Shown: positions 55,833 to 63,999 of the stretch, one piece after another | Layout: every line of letters starts with the position of its first letter | How positions within the stretch are numbered: position 1 is the first letter of the stretch | IMG/VR virus record: IMGVR_UViG_3300032308_002092 | Coordinates: 32,001 to 96,000 of that record | Direction: 5' to 3' (one strand) | DNA length: 64,000 nt | Origin: a virus | Notes under the pieces: generated by a model | Seen by the model: only the letters and a program-made list of their open reading frames with translations | Told to the model about the DNA's origin: nothing | Databases searched by the model: none | Made by a program: the position numbers and the translations under genes

Positions 55833-56414
55833 TTAGAAATTAAATCCACCGGTTACATAGAAGCTTTGTTGTAAAGTAAAAGCAGCACCAAGCGACAAAG
55901 AACTGAAGTCCCTGATATACATAAGCCCGACATCTGGCTCGTACTTGGCTTTAGCGGTTGCGGTACAGCACGAGTCAACCGTGGCATATGGTTGAGTCTT
56001 AGACATACCGAGCAAGAACATCAGTCTGTTTGGGTCAGACACAGTTACCTTCTTGATCTCGGTGCGGATGCGGACGCGTTCGATGTAACGCACTGGAGCT
56101 TCCTTCCTAGATCCAGAAGTATCGCCAACGTTGATATTGAAACGGTTCACGTTGATGTTGTTAACATCTGTTTGAACACCGTCTTTGTCACAGCAAGGAT
56201 CTACCTTATCTACGACCTTAATCTCAGGCTTAGCAACCACTGGCTTGACAACCGCAGGCTTAGTAACTACAATGGTCTTCTTTGGCTTAGGCTTTGTCGC
56301 TTTTTTAAGCGGACACGGAGCCTCTGTTTTAGCTTTCTGCTCTGTTGCTTCGCAGACAGAACCCAAAGCAATACTGGGTAAAACCATTAGATACAAAATA
56401 CCAAGACGCTTCAT
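55833..56414 (-). CDS. Exported protein with C-terminal amphipathic beta strands ending in Phe
   Basis: Signal peptide; ends FYVTGGFNF. Confidence 0.55.
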   Translation of the reverse strand: MKRLGILYLMVLPSIALGSVCEATEQKAKTEAPCPLKKATKPKPKKTIVVTKPAVVKPVVAKPEIKVVDKVDPCCDKDGVQTDVNNINVNRFNINVGDTSGSRKEAPVRYIERVRIRTEIKKVTVSDPNRLMFLLGMSKTQPYATVDSCCTATAKAKYEPDVGLMYIRDFSSLSLGAAFTLQQSFYVTGGFNF

Positions 56415-56424
56415 ACTATCTCCT

Positions 56425-56700
56425 TTACTTGATTTTCCTAAGACGCAACCTAGTACCTGATGGATTGATTCTCTCGTCTTTCGTTAGCGCACTAGACACA
56501 GCAGAGCTGCAGTACTGTGCAAGCTCTTCCTCGCTAGAGTTCTTCTTCGTTGTCAGCTCGCCTGACTTAAAGACATCAAACAGCTTTTGTGCCACTTGGC
56601 TTTTAAAGCTCTTGTTCTTTAAGAGCTCTTCGTCAATACTAAGCTTGAGCTCTTCTGCTAGCTGGCATACGATTTGATAAATAGCTTCTTTTTGCGACAT
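56425..56700 (-). CDS. Hypothetical protein, paralogue of the N-terminal part of 63313
   Basis: M.Q.EA...F.SGE...L..Y.SS.V.....K...IN. Confidence 0.6.
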   Translation of the reverse strand: MSQKEAIYQIVCQLAEELKLSIDEELLKNKSFKSQVAQKLFDVFKSGELTTKKNSSEEELAQYCSSAVSSALTKDERINPSGTRLRLRKIK

Positions 56701-56733
56701 GGCAATCTCCTTTGAGGAATGATAAGATCGGAA

Positions 56734-57021
56734 TCATTCGATGTTGTACCCTAGTTCCTTCGCTCGCTTTACGGAAAGGGTTCCTCTCTCTTCTCCAGGT
56801 CGCTTGGTTCGATCTACGCCGTAGCGTTCGAAGTTAACCCACTTGCCATCTAGCTCAGCTAACTGATAAACGATCTGCTGATCGTCGATGAACGAGTGGC
56901 CAACGCCATGCTGTTTAACCAGAGCCTCTACGGTTTCTTTGTATTCCTCGAAGAACCGCTTAACCTCTGCTTTCTTGCGGTCTAGCTCGACTAATTTAAG
57001 ATGCAGTTGTGTTAGTGACAT
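56734..57021 (-). CDS. Hypothetical protein
   Basis: ORF with AGGAG RBS. Confidence 0.55.
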   Translation of the reverse strand: MSLTQLHLKLVELDRKKAEVKRFFEEYKETVEALVKQHGVGHSFIDDQQIVYQLAELDGKWVNFERYGVDRTKRPGEERGTLSVKRAKELGYNIE

Positions 57022-57412
57022 GATCTTCTCCTTTTAGTAGTGTTTCTATAGCTTTCTCGGTCTCGTAGATGTCTATGAACTTCTGGAAGTCTTTTCTGTA
57101 GATTGCAGAGTCGTGCAAGATGAACCAGGAGTATCCCATTGAGCGATCCGAGGATAGCTTGAAAGGACTACCCAAGCACTTGCGTGCGATTCTAACTGTG
57201 CTCAACCAATCTGCGGTAATATTCCTGCACATCCTACCAGCATCTGAGTACTCGCGAAGGGTACAGTTAGATCTAGATCTAATAGTGTTTCTTTTAGCCG
57301 AGGCCTTGTTCTTGACAACTGCATAGCGAAGCATGGTGATGATGTGTTCGCATGTTGTGTCATTATAGAGATTACGCAGATTACAGGGCTGCAAACCGCA
57401 AGACTTGTGCAT
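56996..57412 (-). CDS. Hypothetical protein
   Basis: ORF with GGAGG RBS and CCGA motif. Confidence 0.55.
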   Translation of the reverse strand: MHKSCGLQPCNLRNLYNDTTCEHIITMLRYAVVKNKASAKRNTIRSRSNCTLREYSDAGRMCRNITADWLSTVRIARKCLGSPFKLSSDRSMGYSWFILHDSAIYRKDFQKFIDIYETEKAIETLLKGEDHVTNTTAS

Positions 57413-57452
57413 AACACCTCCGATAGATACTGATGTCTATCGGATCGGGATC

Positions 57453-58028
57453 TTAATCTTTGATTACTGAGAGGTGTCGTGGCTTGGCTAGCTTGGTGGG
57501 CTCTGGCTTCACTTTGGCTTTAGTGGGTTCTTGCTTTGGCTTGGGCTGAACACGTGGCTTAGTTCCATCCATCACGGACATCGCTTGCTTTAGCTGTGCA
57601 GCTATGACCTCTGACATCTTGGTTGGCTCGCCGTTGAACTGAATCATTGGGTTGTACCCGGAATCGACTGCACGCTGAAGGTGCTCTAATCTCTCTACGT
57701 TAAGATTCATCAGCCTATCTCTAAGGTCGTTCTTATAGAGCGCATGCGAAGCATTTTTGTTAGGTTGCTCTATCTGAGCTAAAAGTTCTTTCATCTCGCT
57801 GTGGCTCTTGTTGGCTGCCTTCATATGTATCTGTGCAGCCTTGGGAACCTCTAGCTCTGCTAGGTGCTCTTTGTAAAAAGCTAGGATGTTGGTCATCATC
57901 CTTAGTACGTATCTGTGCTTGCTTATCTTGCTAGATAGGTAGTACCAGGCTGTGAGAAAACCTAAAGCAAATGAACCAGAGATTAGTAGTGTAACGGCTA
58001 CGGCGGTCTTATCCATGGTTGTGTCCAA
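57453..58028 (-). CDS. Membrane-anchored hypothetical protein
   Basis: N-terminal TM. Confidence 0.55.
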   Translation of the reverse strand: MDTTMDKTAVAVTLLISGSFALGFLTAWYYLSSKISKHRYVLRMMTNILAFYKEHLAELEVPKAAQIHMKAANKSHSEMKELLAQIEQPNKNASHALYKNDLRDRLMNLNVERLEHLQRAVDSGYNPMIQFNGEPTKMSEVIAAQLKQAMSVMDGTKPRVQPKPKQEPTKAKVKPEPTKLAKPRHLSVIKD

Positions 58029-58036
58029 TCACAACT

Positions 58037-58561
58037 TCAATCGTTGTTCTGCTCATCTTCTTGAACCTTAGAGTACACTAGTGCTGCTAACTCAGCTGTT
58101 GTTAAGCCTGTTTTCTTAAGTCTATCCCTGAATTCTTTTAGCTTCTTGGGGTCGGCATTGTGGCGACCTCTGTTCGCCTTCTCTGGGATATGTCTTGTGT
58201 TATCAGCAGCGTACCCATTTGAGTTTTTCTTACGATCTGGGCTCAGCTTTTCTCCCGCTTTCTTCTCTGCGTTCTCGAAGCTACTTGCCAACTTAGCATT
58301 AGACTCTGATTTGCCTTTGGACTTTGGCGTCGCGGTGCCGTTGCCGTGGTTCTCACGGCGGCGCGCCTGTTGCGCCTTATTCTGGGCCCTTTCCGGGTGT
58401 CCCACTGTCTGCCTGGCTGAGTTGAGCTTCTTCCTACATGCCCCGCATCTGACACCAGGTCCACCACCTGGGACGTCGGTATTGCATCTAACGCACTTAG
58501 ATTTCTCAAGTATTTCGTTTGCCATCTTGTTTATTTTCTCTGAGAGATCTAAGTCGTCCAC
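58037..58561 (-). CDS. Basic zinc-finger / HNH-like protein under a late-type promoter
   Basis: CxxC..CxxC; LSPDRKKNSNGY...N.......NRG; TGGTATAAT at 58588-58596. Confidence 0.55.
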   Translation of the reverse strand: MDDLDLSEKINKMANEILEKSKCVRCNTDVPGGGPGVRCGACRKKLNSARQTVGHPERAQNKAQQARRRENHGNGTATPKSKGKSESNAKLASSFENAEKKAGEKLSPDRKKNSNGYAADNTRHIPEKANRGRHNADPKKLKEFRDRLKKTGLTTAELAALVYSKVQEDEQNND

Positions 58562-58610
58562 GTGAAACCTCCGATAATAGCTATACTATTATACCACCGA
58601 CACTGCCTCG

Positions 58611-58793
58611 TCAGTCTTGCTCTAAATGCTTGTATTTATTGAGAGTATAAGTTAGGCGCTTCATGATCTCTGTTATCACGGTCTTGAACTCTGAACTAGA
58701 AGATACATCCGCCAATACGTCATAGTATAGGTCAGATTGGTTCTCTATGTGCTTCATCGCTTCTTTCTTTAGTTCTTGCTTTGTTGCGTTCAT
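58611..58793 (-). CDS. Hypothetical protein
   Basis: ORF. Confidence 0.5.
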   Translation of the reverse strand: MNATKQELKKEAMKHIENQSDLYYDVLADVSSSSEFKTVITEIMKRLTYTLNKYKHLEQD

Positions 58794-58956
58794 TCATTAT
58801 CCTCGCGTATAGGTAGTACTCTAAGTATAGAACTCTGTCGAAGTTGTAGCCAAAGGTGTTCTCAAATATCGTCTCTGGCTCTATCAGCTCGAGATCTTTT
58901 AGCATGATGATTAGGGCCATTAATAGGCTTCTGGGTTCGTCTCTATTTAGAACCAT
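58732..58956 (-). CDS. Hypothetical protein
   Basis: ORF. Confidence 0.45.
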   Translation of the reverse strand: MVLNRDEPRSLLMALIIMLKDLELIEPETIFENTFGYNFDRVLYLEYYLYARIMNERNKARTKERSDEAHREPI

Positions 58957-58959
58957 TGG

Positions 58960-59235
58960 TTATCCAAGTTTCATGGACAGATCATCTACTGACTTAAATG
59001 GGATTATACTTCTCTGATCTTGGTCCCAGGTGCATTCGTACACGCGACCGTTGCGAGTCACTACGCCCACCATGAAGCCATTGTCCTCTATATCGGTTAC
59101 TATAGCAATTCGATCGTCTTTCGTGTACCACATGCCTAGCAAATCAAACTCGTCAGGCTCGGTCGGCATGTCTTCAATCACTACATCTAATTCGACTAAC
59201 TTCAGGTGTGAGTACTTCGTGTCTCTCAGATTCAT
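58960..59235 (-). CDS. Hypothetical protein (related to 30809)
   Basis: WYTKDDRIA...G......W. Confidence 0.5.
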   Translation of the reverse strand: MNLRDTKYSHLKLVELDVVIEDMPTEPDEFDLLGMWYTKDDRIAIVTDIEDNGFMVGVVTRNGRVYECTWDQDQRSIIPFKSVDDLSMKLG

Positions 59236-59419
59236 CTAAAACTCCTAGTGGTTTACAAACGTCTTCTAGGAGAAACAACCCACGATACAACATCGACCAT
59301 CCGGTCTCGGTACGGAACTTAAACCAGACGAAGTCATTGACCTCTCCGCCTAGTGGTAGCACTATCTGCTTACCATTCAACTCATAGAGAGACATCGGCT
59401 CCAACATTAAGCCGCTCAT
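59174..59419 (-). CDS. Hypothetical protein
   Basis: ORF with GGAGG RBS. Confidence 0.45.
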   Translation of the reverse strand: MSGLMLEPMSLYELNGKQIVLPLGGEVNDFVWFKFRTETGWSMLYRGLFLLEDVCKPLGVLDESERHEVLTPEVSRIRCSD

Positions 59420-59870
59420 ACTCCCTCCTCTTCCTCTCGTTGACTATAGCCATGGTTGCTAACTTGTCTGCCATCTCGTTGTACTGGTCACCAGAGTGAC
59501 CCTTAACCCACTTAAACACCAGATCTCTTTGATCTATCATCGATAGGATTTTTACCCAGATATCTTTATGGGCTATTGGATTTCCGTTGGCGGTCTTCCA
59601 GTTTCTCTTGATCCACCCGTCGGTCCAACCTTTGTTTATAGAGTTCACGATGTACTGCGAGTCGGTGTAGACCGTAGTTTTAGTCTTAGGGTCGACACGC
59701 TTTAGGCCTTCGTGTACCGCAGAAAGTTCGCAAAAGTTGTTGGTAGTGTTCTCTGAAACGTATCCGCAGTGTTGAGCCACTTGCCCACTAGGGTAGATTA
59801 TTACACAACCCCACGAGCCCTCTCCGGGATTCGGAGAGCAGGCGCCGTCGGTGTAAAGCAGTATCGTCAT
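59382..59870 (-). CDS. rnhA: Ribonuclease HI
   Basis: YTDGAC..NPG.G, TTNN..EL, TDSQY, WVKGHSG...NE.AD.LA. Confidence 0.93.
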   Translation of the reverse strand: MTILLYTDGACSPNPGEGSWGCVIIYPSGQVAQHCGYVSENTTNNFCELSAVHEGLKRVDPKTKTTVYTDSQYIVNSINKGWTDGWIKRNWKTANGNPIAHKDIWVKILSMIDQRDLVFKWVKGHSGDQYNEMADKLATMAIVNERKRREYERLNVGADVSL

Positions 59871-60082
59871 ACTTGTTTTGCTTTGATGTAACCTAAGAGC
59901 ATCTTGTCATACTCGCTTAGGTTAAAGGTTACCTTGATCTTTTGAGAGATGAGCATTAACTCGTACGCTAATCTCTCTTGCTCTCTTTGTCTTTGCAGTC
60001 TTTCGCCACTGTACTCGTTGTCGTAGTTACCATAATACTCAGGCTCTTCGTACGTGCCGTAGCCTTGGTAAGTACTATACAT
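59867..60082 (-). CDS. Hypothetical protein
   Basis: ORF. Confidence 0.5.
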   Translation of the reverse strand: MYSTYQGYGTYEEPEYYGNYDNEYSGERLQRQREQERLAYELMLISQKIKVTFNLSEYDKMLLGYIKAKQV

Positions 60083-60521
60083 TTTGCTTAGCCAGTGGTT
60101 TGTAAGAGAACTTATCTTTCCACGCTAGTCGTTGAGCTTCCGACCATGGTCCGCCACCTTCTTCGATGATCTTGGCTCTTTGCGCAAGCCATCGATCGCC
60201 ATCCGAGGACTTATTGACTTGCTTTATGAACGGAGAGTCCTCAATTGGGACTAGGTAACCTTCCTTACCCTTCCTTAGAGTGATCTCTAGCGATTCGCTT
60301 GTTTCCACGAAGAGCCTTAGATCTTCTAGACTGCACTCATAGTAGGTACTGCCACCAGCTTGGTGACCTAGTCTGATCTTAGTCACAGAGGCGTTCTCGT
60401 CTGCAATCTCTTCGATGTCATCCATGCACAGAAAAAGAGTATTCTTGGTTGTATGTAACTTAGATGTCATAAATAGAATGTTACCGGTAACTTCGTATCC
60501 GCTTTTCAAAACTTTCTCCAA
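60075..60521 (-). CDS. Hypothetical protein
   Basis: ORF; CCGA motif upstream. Confidence 0.5.
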   Translation of the reverse strand: MEKVLKSGYEVTGNILFMTSKLHTTKNTLFLCMDDIEEIADENASVTKIRLGHQAGGSTYYECSLEDLRLFVETSESLEITLRKGKEGYLVPIEDSPFIKQVNKSSDGDRWLAQRAKIIEEGGGPWSEAQRLAWKDKFSYKPLAKQNV

Positions 60522-60565
60522 TGCTGTTACTATTCGGTCTGGATGATATGATATCGGAATCGATA

Positions 60566-60910
60566 CTAATCTGGTGGTAGTTTGACTTTATACGCCGTAT
60601 ATGTGATCGTTGGGAACCTGTAGGGGAACAAGAAACTCGAGAAGAAAGGATCTTGAGAATGGTCGCGGACTTTAAACGGTACTGGCTCGACAATGAAGCC
60701 ATTGTCATTGAGGTCTTCTAAGCAACCGTCGTAGTAAGACAGACCCTCTTTTCCTGACCATGTTAGAGACTTGTCCCGGGGAAATATTACTGGTGTCTTG
60801 CCCTCCAATAGGACAGTCTCTACGTCTTTGAGTAGCTTCTCTCTAACTTCTTTATTTCGCTCTAACCTATTATTTTCAATCTGACTTTTAATCTTCTGAG
60901 CAAGATTCAT
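60566..60910 (-). CDS. Hypothetical protein
   Basis: ORF with AGGAGGT RBS. Confidence 0.6.
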   Translation of the reverse strand: MNLAQKIKSQIENNRLERNKEVREKLLKDVETVLLEGKTPVIFPRDKSLTWSGKEGLSYYDGCLEDLNDNGFIVEPVPFKVRDHSQDPFFSSFLFPYRFPTITYTAYKVKLPPD

Positions 60911-60973
60911 ATTTACCTCCTTCTTTCTTGCTGTAGGTAAAATAAGCTACCTATGAATTTGTAAACCCCCACC

Positions 60974-61174
60974 TTAATCTTTTGTATCTTTGCCTCTGAA
61001 GATATCTCTGTAGTACTTAATGTCCTGCAGCTGACGCATGCGGTTAATATCATCTGCCATCCTGCGTCTGTCTTGCTCTTCGGAAGAGCCGTAGCTGCCG
61101 CGACCTAGGAATATAGGTATCATGCCAATCAATATAAAAACTGCCAACAATATAAAAAATACGTCCGTGCTCAT
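60974..61174 (-). CDS. Small membrane protein
   Basis: N-terminal TM. Confidence 0.55.
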   Translation of the reverse strand: MSTDVFFILLAVFILIGMIPIFLGRGSYGSSEEQDRRRMADDINRMRQLQDIKYYRDIFRGKDTKD

Positions 61175-61184
61175 TAATCCTCTA

Positions 61185-61373
61185 ATTGAGATGGGTGAAG
61201 GGTGGGAACCGCGTAGCCCAAGCTTCGAACTTGAAGGTACCGTTCCCTCTACGCAACTTAGGCGCGCGTAGCCTATCTAAGAACAACCCGGGGTTTTAAG
61301 TCCTTCGATTCTTAGGGACAGCCTATGCTTTCTTCTCCCCTCACATATTTGGGGCTTGCACGGACGCATCCGT
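61185..61373. ncRNA. Candidate structured RNA, unclassified
   Basis: ~190-nt intergenic region with stems GGGAAC/GTTCCC, CAAG/CTTG, CTACGC/GCGTAG, CTAAGAA/TTCTTAG, CCCC/GGGG, ACGGA/TCCGT. Confidence 0.45.
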
Positions 61374-61879
61374 CAAAGAGTCTTAAAGAGATTCTTATTG
61401 GATTTATACTCGTAAAAGAAATCATTAAGTAATTTCTCAACACCCCCTGCTTCACGTATTTCACTTAGTGTTAGTGTATATGTTCTCATTATGTGAGGTG
61501 CTGGACCTTCATTATGGTCTATGAAGAAGTAACAATGTATTAACTCATGATAAACTATTTGTTTAACCTCCTCCTCAGAGAGGTTTAGAGCATCAACAAA
61601 GCTTACTATTATTAACGGCATTATGTATATGCCCATCACGCCTATGGCTTGACACGTGCCTACTGCGGTTTTGTCCGGCATATTTCCAAAGACTATTTGC
61701 GGTCTCTCTTTAGTAGAGCAGCTTAAGCCGTGACTATCGCATGTGGTGATAAAGCGGTCTACCAAGTCTTCTAGAAAGACATCAGATTTTCTTGGCCCAT
61801 CATACCTAGTGGTGCAGCAAGATGCTAAGATAGAGTAGAGTATGATAAGTATTTTTATTCGATAGTGCAGTCTATACAA
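61373..61879 (-). CDS. Lipoprotein-like zinc metallopeptidase (HExxH)
   Basis: LASC; YHELIHC....H......IM. Confidence 0.65.
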   Translation of the reverse strand: MYRLHYRIKILIILYSILASCCTTRYDGPRKSDVFLEDLVDRFITTCDSHGLSCSTKERPQIVFGNMPDKTAVGTCQAIGVMGIYIMPLIIVSFVDALNLSEEEVKQIVYHELIHCYFFIDHNEGPAPHIMRTYTLTLSEIREAGGVEKLLNDFFYEYKSNKNLFKTL

Positions 61880-62231
61880 GGAGCGTCCTTCTTATTATCT
61901 CGTCTGTTATTAGTTTTGCTGCCTCTTTGTGTATCACAGAGTTGTCGCGTGGCACAGTGGTTACCCTATCTATGGACCCACTGGAACTCAATAGCAACAC
62001 ATTCACCTGATCTCCATTGGAGCTTAGTTGTATTACTTTAGCGTAATGGTTTCCGTAGCTGCAGTAAACAAACGGAGAATCTCCATAGCCTTCGCACAAC
62101 CAGAAGTGCCAGTCGTCGCGAAGAAGAGAATTAGGAGGCATAGACACGTCAGGTTTGGTCTTAGGACGAGTGAACACTATTGTGTCTTCACCGTCTAGTC
62201 CTTTGATTGTCTTAATCGATGAATTTGCCAT
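61872..62231 (-). CDS. Hypothetical protein
   Basis: ORF. Confidence 0.5.
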   Translation of the reverse strand: MANSSIKTIKGLDGEDTIVFTRPKTKPDVSMPPNSLLRDDWHFWLCEGYGDSPFVYCSYGNHYAKVIQLSSNGDQVNVLLLSSSGSIDRVTTVPRDNSVIHKEAAKLITDEIIRRTLLV

Positions 62232-62391
62232 CTTTTATACAATGCCCCCTGAAGTAGTAGCCTTGTTTATCTAGGCACTCTTTTCTGTCTTGATCGATAC
62301 ACGACTTCACCATAAATAGAAACATCACAGAAACTAAGATCGTCAGCGCCAAGCTGTATGCAAACCTTGTCACGTAATTGTCCTTATCCAT
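62212..62391 (-). CDS. Small membrane protein (59 aa)
   Basis: MDKDNYVTRFAYSLALTILV... read by eye. Confidence 0.45.
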   Translation of the reverse strand: MDKDNYVTRFAYSLALTILVSVMFLFMVKSCIDQDRKECLDKQGYYFRGHCIKDGKFID

Positions 62392-62394
62392 AGC

Positions 62395-63183
62395 CTACTC
62401 TTGTTGTGCTTTATTGAGATGGTCGGCAGCTGCTCTAGTCCACTCCACGTAGATTTGATCAGGGTACAGTCTGCCGAACCACGTTATGTCGCAGCCCGGA
62501 GTCCAGAAGTACCAGTTCCAGGTAGGGTGGTCGTTTAGCGCGTTGTTCCTAGCTGCTTTAGATCTGTTTGCTTCTTCTTGTAGCTTTTGCAGATCACCTT
62601 TTAGGTAGTAAAGTACTGCGTCTTCCATGCCTCTTATTGTTTCAAAGGCTTTGAGAACGTGTTTCTCCCATAGTTTACCAACGCCGTGTTGTCTATTGAG
62701 CATCAGCGTAGCATAAACTAAGTTCAACTGGTAGTGCTTGTAGACTGTAAGTGCCTCAATCAAAGCAAGTGGGCCTCTCAACCAATTGAGCAAGAAGTAC
62801 CATATGATGCGCCAGCCAGCAAAGTGCATCTTTAGCTTAAGGGTTGGGATACAGGCTATCAGCTGAGCAAACCCCAGTACTCCCAGCTTGTTTCGGCCAT
62901 CTGTGGACGACGGTGTTATCAGCCCACCAGTTTTAACTACGTATCTAAGCATAAGGATGTGGTCGATGGTTGACCCGCCAAGCATAGCACCTAGGAACAT
63001 GTCCCTGCTAGATGAGTTTGGGTAATCCTTTTGCGCTATTGCCGCTTCTGGGTTGCGCCAGACTCTGCCGTCTCGGTCAATGCACTGAGACACGTATAGA
63101 GATGCTTCGTAGTCGCCAACATGAGAAAACATCCCTGCGTATAGGGTGCTGTCGCCATGTACTTCTTTGTATTTTGGGTTCAT
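62395..63183 (-). CDS. Hypothetical protein
   Basis: ORF with AGGAGG RBS; GD....G and SRDM.LG motifs. Confidence 0.6.
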   Translation of the reverse strand: MNPKYKEVHGDSTLYAGMFSHVGDYEASLYVSQCIDRDGRVWRNPEAAIAQKDYPNSSSRDMFLGAMLGGSTIDHILMLRYVVKTGGLITPSSTDGRNKLGVLGFAQLIACIPTLKLKMHFAGWRIIWYFLLNWLRGPLALIEALTVYKHYQLNLVYATLMLNRQHGVGKLWEKHVLKAFETIRGMEDAVLYYLKGDLQKLQEEANRSKAARNNALNDHPTWNWYFWTPGCDITWFGRLYPDQIYVEWTRAAADHLNKAQQE

Positions 63184-63252
63184 ATATCCTCCTACTCAGG
63201 GTTATACCGAGAGGGTGGGGTGGTGTGGGCGCGCCGTAGCAGTGTCAGGTGT

Positions 63253-63312
63253 AGACTCGTCAGTCGCGTATACAACGCGAGACCAAGAGCGTGGCTACTC
63301 TTGGTTTCGTCT
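63253..63312 (-). ncRNA. Type II hammerhead ribozyme (downstream copy), GUC cleavage site
   Basis: Minus strand: AGAC-GAAA-CCAAGAG-loop-CUCUUGG-UC-UCGCGU-loop-ACGCGA-CUGACGA-GUCU; complete core, three stems. Confidence 0.9.
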
Positions 63313-63819
63313 TTAGCCAACCAAAGCCCTAAGGTGCTCTGGGATTGAGGAGAGGTCGAGTTGCTTTGCTTTGTTTTGGCGAGGGGTCTTAGCTGGCTTG
63401 CTAGCTACCATCTCAGCCCTAACATTAGCAATGAAGTTTTTCACTTCAACGATCTTAGTTTCTTCTGCGCCTGAAGCAATAAGATTCTTGAGTACCTCAG
63501 TTGCTTGCTTGATCTGTGGGTTAGTACGGCTACCAGGGTTTTTAGCTTCATACTTGCCGCCGCCGTTGATCTGAGGTGCCTTATTGAACCAGTTAGCTAC
63601 GACGCTAGAAGCGTAAGACCTGAGTGCTTTGTCGTCATCTAGCTTACCAGCCGAGCGCTGTGCCAAGACGACTTCGCCAGAAATGAAGCCTTCAAGCATA
63701 AGGCTAACGATCTCACGACGTTGCTCTTCAGTTACGTACGAAGAAATGGGGGCACTACTATTAAAACTAGAACCAAGGACCTGCTTAGTATACGTTACGA
63801 CCGCTTCATTTTGTTTCAT
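63313..63819 (-). CDS. Hypothetical protein (168 aa) flanked by hammerhead ribozymes
   Basis: Start MKQNEAV with AGGAG RBS; paralogue at 56425; C-terminal LDLSSIPEHL. Confidence 0.7.
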   Translation of the reverse strand: MKQNEAVVTYTKQVLGSSFNSSAPISSYVTEEQRREIVSLMLEGFISGEVVLAQRSAGKLDDDKALRSYASSVVANWFNKAPQINGGGKYEAKNPGSRTNPQIKQATEVLKNLIASGAEETKIVEVKNFIANVRAEMVASKPAKTPRQNKAKQLDLSSIPEHLRALVG

Positions 63820-63843
63820 GGTAAAACTCCTATATAGAAACAT

Positions 63844-63900
63844 TGACTCATCAGTGCTGGAACCTACCAGCAGATACCCTTGGTATCGGGTATTTCGTCA
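63844..63900 (-). ncRNA. Type II hammerhead ribozyme (upstream copy), AUC cleavage site
   Basis: Minus strand: UGAC-GAAA-UACCC-loop-GGGUA-UC-UGCUGG-loop-CCAGCA-CUGAUGA-GUCA; complete core, three stems. Confidence 0.9.
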
Positions 63901-63999
63901 TTAGTCTATTGCTGCGTAGTCATCTGGGAAGAAGGTTTCTTCTTCCATCTGACGGCTATTGAAGTCTAGCTGCTCATACACATCGTCTTCATAGTCGGA
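63901..63999 (-). CDS. 3' end of an acidic hypothetical protein (partial)
   Basis: SDYEDDVYEQLDF...YAAID-TAA. Confidence 0.55.
   Translation of the reverse strand, partial: SDYEDDVYEQLDFNSRQMEEETFFPDDYAAID

Noticed and set aside
58600-58620. CTGACGAG on the minus strand as a third hammerhead core
   Set aside because: No correctly placed GAAA or supporting stems; it overlaps a stop codon and a promoter region.
61300-61345. Hairpin or twister-sister ribozyme assignment for the 61.2-kb element (AGAA...UGUC, GUGCAAGC)
   Set aside because: The required flanking helices do not form; left as unclassified.
63880-63895. TATCGGGTAT as another CCGA promoter copy
   Set aside because: Fully explained as stem III of the upstream hammerhead; not counted as a promoter.
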